Assembly (NCBI RefSeq): GCF_006345805.1
Contig: NC_042998.1
Span: 135,222,001-135,286,000 of the forward strand
Length of the DNA stretch: 64,000 nt
Origin: Octopus sinensis
Taxonomy: Eukaryota
Reading direction: 5' to 3'
Under the pieces are notes generated by a model. The model was not told the DNA's origin. It saw only the letters and a program-made list of their open reading frames with translations, and made no database searches. Every line of letters starts with the position of its first letter. Position 1 is the first letter of the stretch. Position numbers and translations under genes: made by a program. Positions 39,974 through 52,822 of this stretch are shown in pieces.

Positions 39974-40527
39974 GAGTGAGAGAGCAGTGCATGCCATCAA
40001 AGTGACACGAGTAAAATATACGAAGCCCAGTATGCCCATCGTGACTACCTGTCTGATAAGGGTACACCAGGTCCATGCATCACAACCATATGTGCGTGAC
40101 ATGGTGATCTCATATCAAGATAAACAGCGCATGACCTTGCAGGTGGGGCTCAGTTAGAATTTCGTCTGGTCGAGTAGCCTATCCCGCTCAAAAGATCCTT
40201 GAATTGAATAAGGATTGTTTAAGGATGTTGAATGAAACACTCATGTTTCCAAAGGTGAATTATCCAAACCTCCAAGAATTCCTTTCGACACATGGCTATG
40301 ATGCTCCCCCACTACTTCTGCTCATGATCAGAGATGCACATCTCATCAGCCACTAAGGAACATGCTCAACTGGTTATGGTCAAACAACTGACAAGCAAAT
40401 CTGTGGTATTGATCAGAGTATTTGCTGTAGCCCATCTTTAATACCAAGACAAAAAACAATGTGCAAGATAACACTTCCAATCAGATCAGAAACCATGAGA
40501 GCCACTGTCTGCTACTGCATCACCGCA

Positions 40528-40530
<3 letters not shown>
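39974..40530 (-). mobile_element. Non-coding retroposon of about 555 bp in (TAA)n, copy 1
   Basis: Fixed end ...CTGCTCTCTCACTC(AAT)n on the minus strand; both flanks are (TTA)n. Confidence 0.8.
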
Positions 40531-40609
<79 letters not shown>

Positions 40610-41128
40610 GAGTGAGAGAGCAGTCCATGCCATCAAAGTGACACTGGGGTAAAATATACGAAGCCCAATATACCCATCATGACTACCCGTCTGATAAGGG
40701 CACACCAGGCACATGCATCACAACCATATGTGCGCGGCATGGTGATCTCATATCAAGATAAACTGCACATGACCTTGCAGGTGGGGCCCAGTTAGAATTT
40801 TCTTCAGGTTGAGTAGCCCATCCCGCTGAAACGGTCCCTGAATAAGGGTTGTTTAAGGATGTTGAAAAACCCACCCATGTTTCCAGAGGTGAATTATTCA
40901 AACCCCAAAGAATCCCTCTCAACACATGGCTATGATGCTCCCCCACTACTTCTGTTCGTGATCAGAGATGCACATATCGTCAGCCACTAAGGGACATGCT
41001 CAACTGGTTAAGGTCAAACAACTGACAAGCAAATCTGTGGTATTGAGCAGAATATTTGCTGTAGCCCATCTTTTATACCAAGACAGAACAATGTACATGA
41101 TAACACTACCAATCAGTTAAGATCAGAA

Positions 41129-41129
<1 letters not shown>
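40610..41129 (-). mobile_element. Same (TAA)n-inserted retroposon, copy 2 (5'-truncated)
   Basis: Homologous to copy 1. Confidence 0.8.
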
Positions 41130-41164
<35 letters not shown>

Positions 41165-41222
41165 TATTATTATTATTATTATTTATTATTATTATTATTA
41201 TTTATTATTATTGTTATTGTTA

Positions 41223-41293
<71 letters not shown>

Positions 41294-41309
41294 TATTATT
41301 ATTATTATT

Positions 41310-41828
41310 GAGTGAGAGAGCAGTCCATGCCATCAAAGTGACACTGGGGTAAAATATACGAAGCCCAATATACCCATCATGACTACCCGTCTGATAAGGC
41401 ACACCAGGCACATGCATCACAACCATATGTGCGCGGCATGGTGATCTCATATCAAGATAAACTGCACATGACCTTGCAGGTGGGGCCCAGTTAGAATTTT
41501 CTTCAGGTTGAGTAGCCCATCCCGCTGAAACGGTCCCTGAATAAGGGTTGTTTAAGGATGTTGAAAAACCCACCCATGTTTCCAGAGGTGAATTATTCAA
41601 ACCCCAAAGAATCCCTCTCAACACATGGCTATGATGCTCCCCCACTACTTCTGTTCGTGATCAGAGATGCACATATCGTCAGCCACTAAGGGACATGCTC
41701 AACTGGTTAAGGTCAAACAACTGACAAGCAAATCTGTGGTATTGAGCAGAATATTTGCTGTAGCCCATCTTTTATACCAAGACAGAACAATGTACATGAT
41801 AACACTACCAATCAGTTAAGATCAGAAG
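41310..41828 (-). mobile_element. Same (TAA)n-inserted retroposon, copy 3 (near-identical to copy 2)
   Basis: Same truncation point as copy 2. Confidence 0.8.
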
Positions 41829-41857
41829 TTATTATTATTATTATTATTATTATTATG

Positions 41858-41911
<54 letters not shown>

Positions 41912-41921
41912 GTTATTGTTA

Positions 41922-41960
<39 letters not shown>

Positions 41961-42010
41961 TATTATTATTATTATTATATTATTATTATTTTATTATTAT
42001 TATTATTATG

Positions 42011-42335
42011 CAGAAGTCGACTTAGTACTTTTTGGTTATCTCACCCCCATTAAAAAATATCTGTACTTTTGGTTATTTCCTCCACCGAAAGAAATTGTTT
42101 AACCCTCAATAAAACAAAACAACGAAAAATGAAAATAATCAATCAACCTGAAAACTGAAAACATGGAAACTGAAAAAATCATTCATCTTAGGCGTAGGAG
42201 CGGGTGTGTGGTAAGTATCTTGCTTACGAACCACACTGCGTAGCACCTTGGGCAAGTGTCTTCAACTATAGCCTCGGGTCAACCAAAGCCTTGCGAGTGG
42301 ATTTGGTAGACGGAAACTGAAAGAAGCCCGTCGTA

Positions 42336-42402
<67 letters not shown>

Positions 42403-42729
42403 ATGTTTGTGTGTCTGTGTTTGTCCCCCCAGCATCGCTTGACAACCAATGATGGTGTGTTTACGTCCCCGTAACTTAGCGGTTCGGTAAAATAGCGGTT
42501 CGATAGAATAAGTACTAGGCTTACAAAGAATTATAACAAATCATACTATGCCTATTGAGGAGGCCAAACGTCAACAACATGTTGAAGTATTGAATCAAAA
42601 GGCTCTAACACTTTTGATCCGATATCTTGTCACCACAAACTCAGTTTTTTTATGGGTATGTAACCTAATTTTTTAATGGTAATTTTCTAATGGGGGTGAG
42701 ACAACCAAAAAGTAACGTCGACTTTACTG
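42011..42729. mobile_element. pogo/Tigger-like MITE containing a family A SINE (42190-42531)
   Basis: TIRs AAGTCGAC..TACTTTTTGGTT.TCTCACCCCCATTA / TAATGGGGGTGAGACAACCAAAAAGTAACGTCGACTTTACTG|TA. Confidence 0.8.
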
Positions 42730-42863
42730 TACATCCTTTCAGGCTCGATAAAATAAAGTACCAGTCAAGTACTGGGGTCGATGTAGTCAACTTATTCCCT
42801 CCCATGAAATTGCTGGCCTTGTACCAAAATTTGAAATAATAATAACAATAATAATAATAATAA

Positions 42864-42933
<70 letters not shown>

Positions 42934-43316
42934 TATAGCTATATTAATAGTAATAGCAATATAATAATTTTAATAAAGTAATTAATACAATAATGATAAT
43001 AATGGTGTTAATGATAGTAATGATAATGATGATGATGCAACGACGATGGCGATGATGATGTTTAAAGTTATTTCTATAACTTTACAATACTTCCGGTGTG
43101 TTGTTCGTACTGTAAAGCAACAGCTATACCCGTGGTTTTTGGCAGAGCCAAATTTGGCGTTGTCGATGATTCTAACATCGACAATAGATTTCTCTCACAC
43201 TGGCACACACGCATTCTTTGAGCGAACGAGTTGGATTTTAAAGGCGAGCAGGCAAGCTAGACAAACTACGGCTGCTGATTTTGTTTGGAGGAATTCCTTG
43301 TGAGCAAGACAGCGTC

Positions 43317-43644
43317 ACCACCACCGCCGTCGCCGCCGCCACCACTGCCGCCGCCGCCACTTTTTTTTTTTACCGTCATTATTAACGTTCTTTGCAGTAA
43401 TAACCATTACCATCAACCACCCGCACCATCATCACCATCGCCACCACTACTACCTACATCTCTACCGCCATCAACACCACCACCGCCACCACCACAACCA
43501 CCGCCGCCGCCGCCGCCATCATCATCATCCTTAGCAGCTATACCGATTGCCATCCTCGACATCATCACGACTACCATCTACATTTCAATTATCATCATCG
43601 TCGTCTTCTTCACCATAACCACTGTTCCTCTACTACTACTACTA

Positions 43645-43693
<49 letters not shown>

Positions 43694-43930
43694 GCTGCTG
43701 CAACGAGAGAAAGAGAAGGAGAAAAGGGGGGGGGGGCATTACCATTGCCAATCCTTCCGTCCCAGTAGCAATATCACTATCAAAAAGTACTGACACCAGT
43801 CACACCTCTATTGCTATCTCCACCGACAACACTGCTACCTTATCTTACCACCACCAGTAGCAGCAGCACCATCACTATCACATTTACCATCACCACCACT
43901 GCCGCACCACCATCACCATAACCATCATCA
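43317..43930. repeat. (CCA/CCG/TCA/CTA)n trinucleotide low-complexity region
   Basis: Seen directly. Confidence 0.9.
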
Positions 43931-44095
43931 CTAGTTCTGATTTTATGCCTAGCCACTCTGATGCTTTCATCAGTGTTGCTTATTGGTTCCAGTAAAGACA
44001 AACCAGATTCAACGAACTTAGATCAAGTTTAGAAGAGTAATGGGCAAGAGGGGAGGAGGAAGAGAGAAAGAGAGAATGATATATATATATATAAA

Positions 44096-44314
44096 CTTTT
44101 AGTTGTTTCAGTCATTTGACTGTGGCCATGCTGGAGCACCGTATTTAGTCGAGCAAATCGACCTCAAGACTTATTCTTTGTAAGCCTAGTACTTATTCTA
44201 TCGGTCCCTTTTGCCGAACCGCTAAGTTACGGGGACGTAAACACACCAGCATCGGTTGTCAAGCGATGTTGTGGGGATAAACACAGACAAACAGACATAT
44301 ACACACACATACAT

Positions 44315-44351
<37 letters not shown>

Positions 44352-44499
44352 TACGACGAGCTTCTTTCAGTTTCCGTCTACCAAATCCACTCACAAGGCT
44401 TTGGTTGGCCCGAGCTATAGTAGAAGACATTGCCCAAAGTGCCACGCAGTGGGACTGAGCCCGGAACATGTGGTTGGTAAGCAAGCTACTTACAACACC
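44096..44499 (-). mobile_element. SINE family A
   Basis: Reverse complement of family A. Confidence 0.92.
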
Positions 44500-44514
44500 C
44501 ATATATATAATATA

Positions 44515-44564
<50 letters not shown>

Positions 44565-44567
<3 letters not shown>

Positions 44568-45870
44568 ATAAAATAGAATATATGCATATTATAAACATAT
44601 ATGTACGTACCTACCTCTACATGTACTATACACGCATATATGTGTACAGGACACCAAAAAGACGTCGAACACATAGAGAGACGAAACACATAGACACAAC
44701 CAAGGAACAAGACAAGCAAAAAAAAGGGGAGATACAGGACAATAAGCACAACGAAAAAACCCCCTTCTTCAAGTCGCAAGATTTTATCTACTAAACGTTT
44801 CGAAGGATAAAAGCGAGACGTATACTTCGAAGAAAAATTCCTTCCCGCGAAAAGCAAATCAATTAAAATTCTGAGATCTTTTCGCAGAGGGGTAAAAAAA
44901 GGCAAGACGGTAACGACAGTACAACATATAAACAGTAAAAAATATATATAAACAGTGGAAAAATAAATATATACAGTGAGAGACAAGACAAGGAGAACAA
45001 GATAAGAAGGGCTGTTAACGCCAGACGAAAAAAGTATTGTAAACGCTGGATTATCGTGGAAGACAGAGAGGGAAATTTTGTCACCCAGAGCCTTGCAAGG
45101 CGGGAGAGAAAAGACAGGATAGCAGTTACGACGGAAGTATCGTCGCAGATGGATGACGGGAATGGGGGAGGAGGAGCAAGAGGAAGAGAGAGAGAAGAAG
45201 GGGAATGGTGTCGAGGAGACCATGAAGAATGGTGAAAGGGAGTAGAGAATGAAGAATGAGAGAGAGAGGAAGAGACAAGTTAAGTGAGGGAAAAAAAGAC
45301 GAAAAGGGAATGGGAGAGAAAGAAAGAAAGATGCAGAGTCGCGTGAGAGTTAATATCAAGGCTAACTTGATAAACAGAACAATCTTACTTAGTAGGGTGC
45401 GTGCGTTTAATAATCGTATAATATGTTAATAAAATAGAATATATGCATATATATAAACATATATGTACGTACCTACCTCTACATGTACATATACACGCAT
45501 ATATGTGTACAGGACACACCAAAAAGACGTCGAACACATAGAGAGACGAAACACATAGACAACAACCCAGGAACAAGACAAGCAAAAAAAAGGGAGAGAT
45601 ACAGGACAATAAGCACAACGAAAAAACCCCCTTCTTCAGTCGCTAAGATTTCATCTACTAAACGTTTCGAAGGATAAAAGCGAGACGTATACTTCGAAGA
45701 AAAATTCCTTCCCGCGAAAAGCAAATCAATTAAAATTCTGAGATCTTTTCGCAGAGGGGTAAAAAAAAGGCAAGACGGTAACGACAGTACAAACATATAA
45801 ACAGTAAAAAATATATATATAAACAGTGGAAAAATAAATATATAACAGTGAGAGACAAGACAAGGAGAAC
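44565..45870 (-). mobile_element. Non-coding element with pLTR-like partial tandem structure (44565-45000 repeated at 45425-45870), inserted in (TA)n
   Basis: Direct repeats of about 440 bp with a period of about 860 bp; carries an HHR-like module; no ORF with transposon homology. Confidence 0.75.
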
Positions 45871-46012
45871 AATATATATATATATTACGTAAAACTATTA
45901 ATATTATCATTATTATTTTTTCTATACTTTCTAAACTTTCCTATATCATCTTTACTTTGTTATCTCCCCTACTTCTTCGCTCTCCTGTGTGACCCTTTTG
46001 TCCGGCAGTCGC

Positions 46013-46210
46013 CATGATAGATCGGTAGCCACTACACACATTTTTTTCCTCATTGTTTCTCTCCTTCTTTCTTTCTGTGTTTCTTTCTGTAGACGAGCGT
46101 AGGTTCGAAACGTAAAAGACTTTTTCAATTCCTGAGCGTTATACTAATACATCTGTTTGTTTCTACACCACTTGTATTCGTCTTTTGTTTTTTTCGTGAA
46201 CTCTCCCTAT
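46013..46210 (+). mobile_element. Hammerhead-bearing mini-element, second full copy
   Basis: TCTTT-CTGTAGA-C-GAGC(GTAG)GTTC-GAAA-CG-TA-AAAGA at 46082-46119; ends CCC(TA)n. Confidence 0.8.
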
Positions 46211-46458
46211 ATATATATATATATATATATCGCGGTTCACCTATCGCGATTCGCCAACCATGGTGTTTATTTAAGCTTCCGTCGATTCCTGCGTGGTGTT
46301 GTTTTGCATTTATAATAAAACGAATATATCATATATAATAAAATGAATATATACGATCTTTTTTACTGAACCGTTAAGTTACGTGACATAAACACACCAT
46401 CATCGGTTGTTAAGCGATGGCGGCGGGGACAAACACAGACTCACTTACACAAATACAT

Positions 46459-46523
<65 letters not shown>

Positions 46524-46825
46524 AAAGAGAGATTTATACAGCAGCAGCACGATAAGGTGATGTTATGTTGCCAACATAATGTGGCAGTCCCATGAAAGGG
46601 AAGAATGCTACTGCTATTTAGCCCTAGGAAACACCGTTTCCTGTTGACCATGAAGTATTTTCTCTGGATGCTGGTTTTGCTGGGTGGAGGTGCTCCTCCT
46701 TTGAAAACAAGGACACAGAAAATGTTTCATGGCCAACTGAAAACGGTGTTTACTGTGGCTAAATAGCAGTAGCATTCTTGCATTTCATGGGCTGTCATAT
46801 TAAGTTGGCAACAAACCATCACTTT

Positions 46826-46859
<34 letters not shown>

Positions 46860-46860
<1 letters not shown>

Positions 46861-47050
46861 CCCCCAAAAGAAAAACAACACAAGAAGCAAAAAACAACAA
46901 CGCGAGGACGTGATACACGCGAAGTATTAACAGACGCTCAGGGAGGGAAAGAAAGTTAGTATTTCATTTCGAGCAAAGTCCTTCTTCAGAAACAGGAGAT
47001 AGGGAAATGTCCTAGAGAAAAGGAAGATGGAGGAAAAAAAATCACCACAA
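46860..47050 (-). mobile_element. Diverged relative of the hammerhead mini-element
   Basis: Minus strand GTTT-CTGAAGA-A-GGACTTTGCTC-GAAA...CCTGAGCGTC. Confidence 0.55.
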
Positions 47051-47057
47051 TACACAT

Positions 47058-47102
<45 letters not shown>

Positions 47103-47272
47103 ACACACACACACACATATATATAGGACAGTGTTCATAGGGTTAGGGCTCATGGAGAAAATGGGTGAAAAAAATGAGTTGATTCATAAATATTTTCATT
47201 TGTAGGTGAGGTGATTTTTGCACCGTTTCAGACAGGGCTGTTTAGCTTCCCACTTTCTCTCTTACACACACA

Positions 47273-47325
<53 letters not shown>

Positions 47326-49659
47326 ACACACACACACACACACATACACACATACATACATACACACATACATACACCACACACACACACACACACACAC
47401 TTGTATACATATAGTTATGTGCTGATTATCCTATGCTCTTTTGCATCCCCCGTGACGTTTCAGATCTTGCGGTCTTTTTGATCCCACTAAACCAGACTTT
47501 GCGGTGTTCTTGATCTCACTAAATTTGCCATGTGATGAGTCAGCCGAGCAAGTGCTCAGCCTTATATCTGGGAGGGTAACAGACTACAGTCGTTAAGTTT
47601 GGTTGATAATCTCTGAAAATGAAGGGTATTGCCATGTAAAAAGATACACACAGCTTCTTTACGCTTGATACTGTCATCCTCAGCAATGTATCGCGAGTTT
47701 TGGCCGCGGCATGCGGTAGTTAAATTGGCCACCCCCTTTCTTTAATCATAACATAATTTCGACTACCTCAAACACACCTATATAAAGTACCCGCCCTTTG
47801 CGTCTGCAGACTTTATACATCCCCGCGTTACACCACTGGCTACCTATGGAATAGTGAACCATTTTTTGCCTACTGATCCCCTTTGGTTCCTATCTTACTG
47901 TACTGAACCCTTATGAACATTCAATGTTTTAAAAAGTCCCATTATATTTTTATAGTTAAATATTATTAGGAATCGCATACAAAAATGTTAAAATATTTTG
48001 TGTTTTGTGGAAGTATAACTAATTTACTGTACATAACATTTTATACAGCAAAATCTTATGTGGATCCCGAAGGGTCATGTAGAACCCGGTTAAAAACCAC
48101 TACTATAGAACTTTAATAGTTCTTTATTGACCGCATGATTGATATCGACTAGTTCCCTTTTGTTGTTGGGTAGCCACAAGTCAGCTTCAATCGAAGTGAA
48201 TTAAGATAAGAGCATTCGTCATATAGTTTTGTATATATTTTTATTTTGTATGACGAAAGGATGGAGTTTGAAGAATATTTGGCAGCTATTTCTTGTATGT
48301 CATAAGAAACTGAGGCTCGTGAAACTTTCTGAATGGCACGCCAAACGGAAAATCCTGAATTTTTTTTCTCTTACTTACGCAGCCCGCCTGATGGTGAACC
48401 GTGTCTCACGCTGCCCACTTCTAAAAAAAAAAAGACAACCCATGCCTAGTGCAGGGGCTTTCTCGTTAGCTCGCCTGCAAGTTTTCTCTTCCAGTAGATC
48501 GAAGAGGTGCACTGATTCGGTATTCTCTAATAAAGACTTGATGTGTAAAGACCACAGGGAAGCAACAGAAAGTGAAGACGTACTTTCGCTTTTGCTTTTA
48601 TTGGTTCAGTCATTGAACTGTGTCAGTGTGTTCCAATACATGTGATAACGAAAAAAAAAAATGAAGCATAGCATTTTCGTTAATTGAGTTATTCGCACGC
48701 GTGCGTGTGTGTGAACTTTATCGTAAAAAGATGTTCATGCAGATGTAAAGGTTATGGTTGGGTGCTATACCGTTTACTTGTCACCAAAACAACTCGTTAC
48801 CAAACCAACAAAGCAACTTGTAAGTGTCCTTGAGTTCATATGAACAACAGCCAAATATCCTCAAATCTCATCTTACCGTCCATAGTAGATATTACAAACG
48901 GGTCCAGACAGTAGCGGAAAACAGAATGAATGATTTTGGCTGGAATGTATTTGATCAAAGGTCAGCTCGAACAGGGCCGCCTTGGGTTAATTGATAACTT
49001 TTGAGTGGAAAACCTGCGAACATTTAACAGAAAAGTTTATTGTCACTCATGAAGACAAACTACGTTGGCTATTTAGAGTTAACAATAGCGATAATTACAG
49101 CCTGGGAGAGAGATACTGCTCTGATATTACAGAAAGCTAGTGGGACGGCAAAATAGGATTTGCCCAACATATCTGAAAACAATTGTGCTATCTTCGTGGC
49201 GACGATGGTTCCTGGTCATCTATCTTAACCGTCTGTCTTGGCCGTCTTCTCGGGTCGCCTGCTTCGACCGTTTGGTTGTCGGATGGCAAGAATAGAGATA
49301 CATGTCGCTCAACTGCCTCAACATTCTGCAAAGAGTGTAAGCACCAAAAGCATCTCTTTTATAGTGTACGAGAAGATTCTAGAAGATTGAATCACGCGAC
49401 GGCTTCATGTTGACTGGTTGCTTAATGACCGATCGCGTGAAACTATTGTGGTTCGGTCGTGGTGTCAGACAGATTGCTTAGAGTAAAAAGAAGAAAAGGA
49501 GTAATAATATAAATTCGAAGAATGAATAATTCCACAGAAGAGGAGACTTCCTTGGGCAGTTCTTGGAAACCCCACATAACCATGGTCGCTCTGACCACTA
49601 AGGCAACTTACCTCTCCTCATCGTCTTCTATTGGTTTACAGGTGCACACTTTGTGTAGG

Positions 49660-50170
49660 CCCGTTCACTCGAACCATTTTGTCACATTCACCCACCTTTC
49701 AACAAATGTACTGAAACACAGCACTTCTCTCTTCACCCTCATTTTCCTTTTCAAGTGGAACCTGAAAAAGTTGAGAGCTTGTCCAAAGAGGAAAGCGCCC
49801 ATCTTCAATCCTCCAGCCGTCTATGTACAACCTCTTTCTCCATTGCCACCAAACAGAAAAACTGCTTGCCTTTCTCGGCTAAAGGAAAGCGGCTGAACGA
49901 TCTTCACAATAAGGAGAGTCGGCTGATTGCCGGGTCCGTCCTACACGCGACAGTAGGTTTTCGACATAACAAGTCAGCAATGGTCGAGCACTGTACAAGT
50001 GCGTACAGAGCGGTTTCGTCGTTAATGTAGGCGTGGTTGAGACACTAACATTCCTGTAGAGTTTATTTCGAACCGGCAATGCCCCTCAGTAACACTGCCA
50101 TGACCAGGGATTTTCGGAAGTTATCCATGGGCTCCGGGAAAAACCAGCTAGGTGATTTCCATTGATGCCT
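49660..50170 (-). mobile_element. L1/Tx1-clade LINE ORF2 C-terminal remnant
   Basis: PMDNFRKSL.WQCY.GALPVRNKL, DETALYALVQC (zf-RVT-like), NFFRFHLKRKMRVKREVL...FVERW. Confidence 0.75.
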
Positions 50171-50874
50171 AGGGCATCTCCAGTAAACGTCGTCGCTCTT
50201 ACCCGCCACGAATCCTCTGTAGAATGCCTTAGGTATAACAGTATACATAGTACACATAAATATTTGAACATATCTATGATGTAGCTCTCCTGATACAGGA
50301 GAAACTCTAACTAGGGCCAATCAGGGAACCCCATAGATCCAGGATCACTCTGACCACCAAGCATTCGCTGAAATGTTCTCCTGTCTATAGGTGCATGCTA
50401 AACACTGATTAGTTAATTGGTTGAATGTTAACAAATATACTACTACTAATAATAAAAGAAGTGAAACAGAACCACTTTTTATTGGCACAATGACCCGCCC
50501 AAAATACAGCAAAATATGTTTCAACACATGAGTTCACCTCGAGAATTCTGCAAACCAAATACAAAAACAAAACAATTATTCCTCTTCTAAGATGGAGTCG
50601 ACCTCATTAAAATATAAAACAAAGAGTAATCCAAAATGTGATGGTCGAGATTTGAGTTGGTGAGGAGTGTAGAATGTAACTACTTCTTCAACACTTGACC
50701 TGTATTTGACATCTAGTATCGAGTGTCACTCCCCGCTTTGCATTGGTTTTAATGTCCTTATATTTCCAGCTCAATCTTCAAACAATCAGAAATGAATGTC
50801 TAAGTACTTTTTCGATTTGAGTTCCATTAAAAATATCAGACAACTTATGTTTTCACTGACACCCACTCTTCACT

Positions 50875-51237
50875 TCCTCGTTTCAATCATTGCACTGTAG
50901 CCATGCTGGGGCACTGCTTTGAAGGTTTTAAGTCGAACAAATGAACCCCAGTACATTTTTTAAAAGTCTGGGATTTATTCTAACGGTGCCTTTTGCAGAA
51001 TCGCTAGATACGGGGATGTAAACAAACCAACACCGGTTGTCAAGCGGTGATGAGGGGACAAGTAAAAAGATACCCACTCACAATACCCCCCTTATATATA
51101 CATGTGCGATGAGCTACAACGCAGTTTTCGCCTACCAAATTCACTCAAAAGGCAATGGTCAGTCCGGGGTTATAGTAGAAGACGCTTGTTTAAGTTGTCC
51201 AAGGTGCTTCACAGCGAGACTGAACCCAAAACCACAC
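50875..51237 (-). mobile_element. Diverged SINE family A
   Basis: Reverse-complement homology. Confidence 0.8.
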
Positions 51238-51589
51238 ACTCATATTTCATCCAATATTTCATTCCGCTATATCTCGCTGCATTCATATATAATTTCTTAC
51301 ACGTGCGCAACTACTTCAACCAGCGAATGAGCCTCTAAGTGGTTACTCGGCTGGCTAGAAAAAGCAGCCAAATCCCCCGAATCCCATCAACAGTACTACC
51401 TGCCGGATCTGAGGTAAATGGGGCTAAATAAGCTTAAAGACGAGTATAAATAAATTCTGTTTTGTCAGCTTATTTCAAGAGAAGACGATTTGAAGGCACT
51501 TCGGTATTCAGTCCTCAGTTAAACTTTATTTATTATCGGCCTGCATTCTTAATTTTTTAAAGATGGTCTGATGTGGATTCATAAAAAAG

Positions 51590-51785
51590 AGAGTTCATAT
51601 GAGAAAGGAAACAAACGTATCAATCATATCTTAAGTGAATGCAGTAAGCTAGCTCAAGAAGAGTATAAGCAAAGGCATGACTGCGTCATTAAAAGACTGC
51701 ATTGGAACATTAGACAAGTATGTGGATTCAAAGTAGCAGAAAAATGGTATAAAGACAAAGCAGAGGCTGTGTTAGAGTACAATAA
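51590..51785 (+). mobile_element. R4/Dong-type (restriction-like endonuclease) LINE fragment
   Basis: INHILSECSKLAQEEYKQRHD...LHWNI..CG....WY....EAVLE, the post-CCHC motif. Confidence 0.75.
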
Positions 51786-52103
51786 AGACTCCCCAACCAC
51801 TTCGGTCATCAATGACCTAGAGATTACACCTAGAAAATTCCCCTCCGAGGCACAAGTCCCGGCAAGGCTGTTTTTATCGAAGACCAGCAGTCGCCAGTGC
51901 ATACCAACCTCCCCTCTCCACGTCACTGATGTTATCCAAGGGGAAGGCAAGGGCCGATACAGCTTGGCACCAGTGACGTCGCAACTCATTTCTACAACTG
52001 AGTGAACTGGAGCAACGTGAAATAAAGTGTCTTGCTCAAGGACACAACTCACTACCTTATGATCGTGATCCCGACGCCCTAAGCACCGAGCCATGCACCT
52101 TCA
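51784..52103 (-). mobile_element. tRNA-headed SINE (family D)
   Basis: Minus strand GTGAAGGTGCATGGCTCGGTG...GTGTCCTTGAGCAAGACACTTTATTTCACGTTGCTCCAG, shared with 8165-8210. Confidence 0.8.
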
Positions 52104-52479
52104 CTAGAGTATAATAATTATTCAATTTTATGGGATTTGGCTACTGTTTCTAGTAGATTGGGCAGCCGTACGAGAGTTCCTCTGTTGATTCGTCAAGCTT
52201 TCTATTCAACTATTTTTCTACTATTCACTTTGGGAAATAACCAGTGTAAAATGTCTACAAAACCTGTTGTATTTTCGATGTCTTCATATACGGACGATAC
52301 AGCGTTCAGTTCTTACGCAATAAATTATCAAAATAGGACCCTGAGTTAATGAGTGTAGCACCTCAATGTGGGTTGCTTGATCTGCAAGAAATAACAGCCA
52401 ATCTCCTTTAACACGCGAACTATCTTTTAAAAGTAAAGATACATTGAATAAATTTTCAAAAAATTCCTCTAACAAACGT

Positions 52480-52608
52480 TCAGAACCAGTAAAAGTAAAT
52501 TCTTTGATGTATTAAAGCTGTAATTGATGCCAAAGGTGGACCGACTCCGTATTAGATAACAAAACGTCCATTTAACAAGTTGTTTCCATTATTTTATGCA
52601 ACGTTTGT
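52480..52608 (+). mobile_element. Tc1-like transposon 3' fragment
   Basis: CIKAVIDAKGGPTPY* followed by TIR-like GTTTCCATTATTTTATGCAACGTTTG|TA. Confidence 0.65.
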
Positions 52609-52822
52609 ATATCCTGCTTTCAACACAGCAAGTCTATGAATAAATTTTCTTTCATATATACTCGGTGAACACAATTGAAACAGCTTTAAATTAAAATAGC
52701 CAGCTATGTATCCTACTTAATGTATATACACTGATGACATGTGTATGTGTGTGTGTGTGTGTATGTATATATATGTGTGTATATATATATATGTATGTGT
52801 GTGTATATATATATATATATAT

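Noticed and set aside
40325-40355. CTGATGA/CTGACGA plus hairpin in the (TAA)n retroposon as a hammerhead
   Set aside because: No GAAA or stem I in register.
43285-43860. Proline-rich 191-aa ORF; similarly the Gly/Asp-rich ORF at 59549-60034
   Set aside because: Composed of simple trinucleotide repeats, with no domain or splice evidence.
50085-50140. TAACACTGCC resembling the 5' strand of a twister ribozyme
   Set aside because: No P4/L4 (GGUCCCAAGCC-like) element or pseudoknot partners; it lies within the antisense strand of a Tx1 coding remnant.
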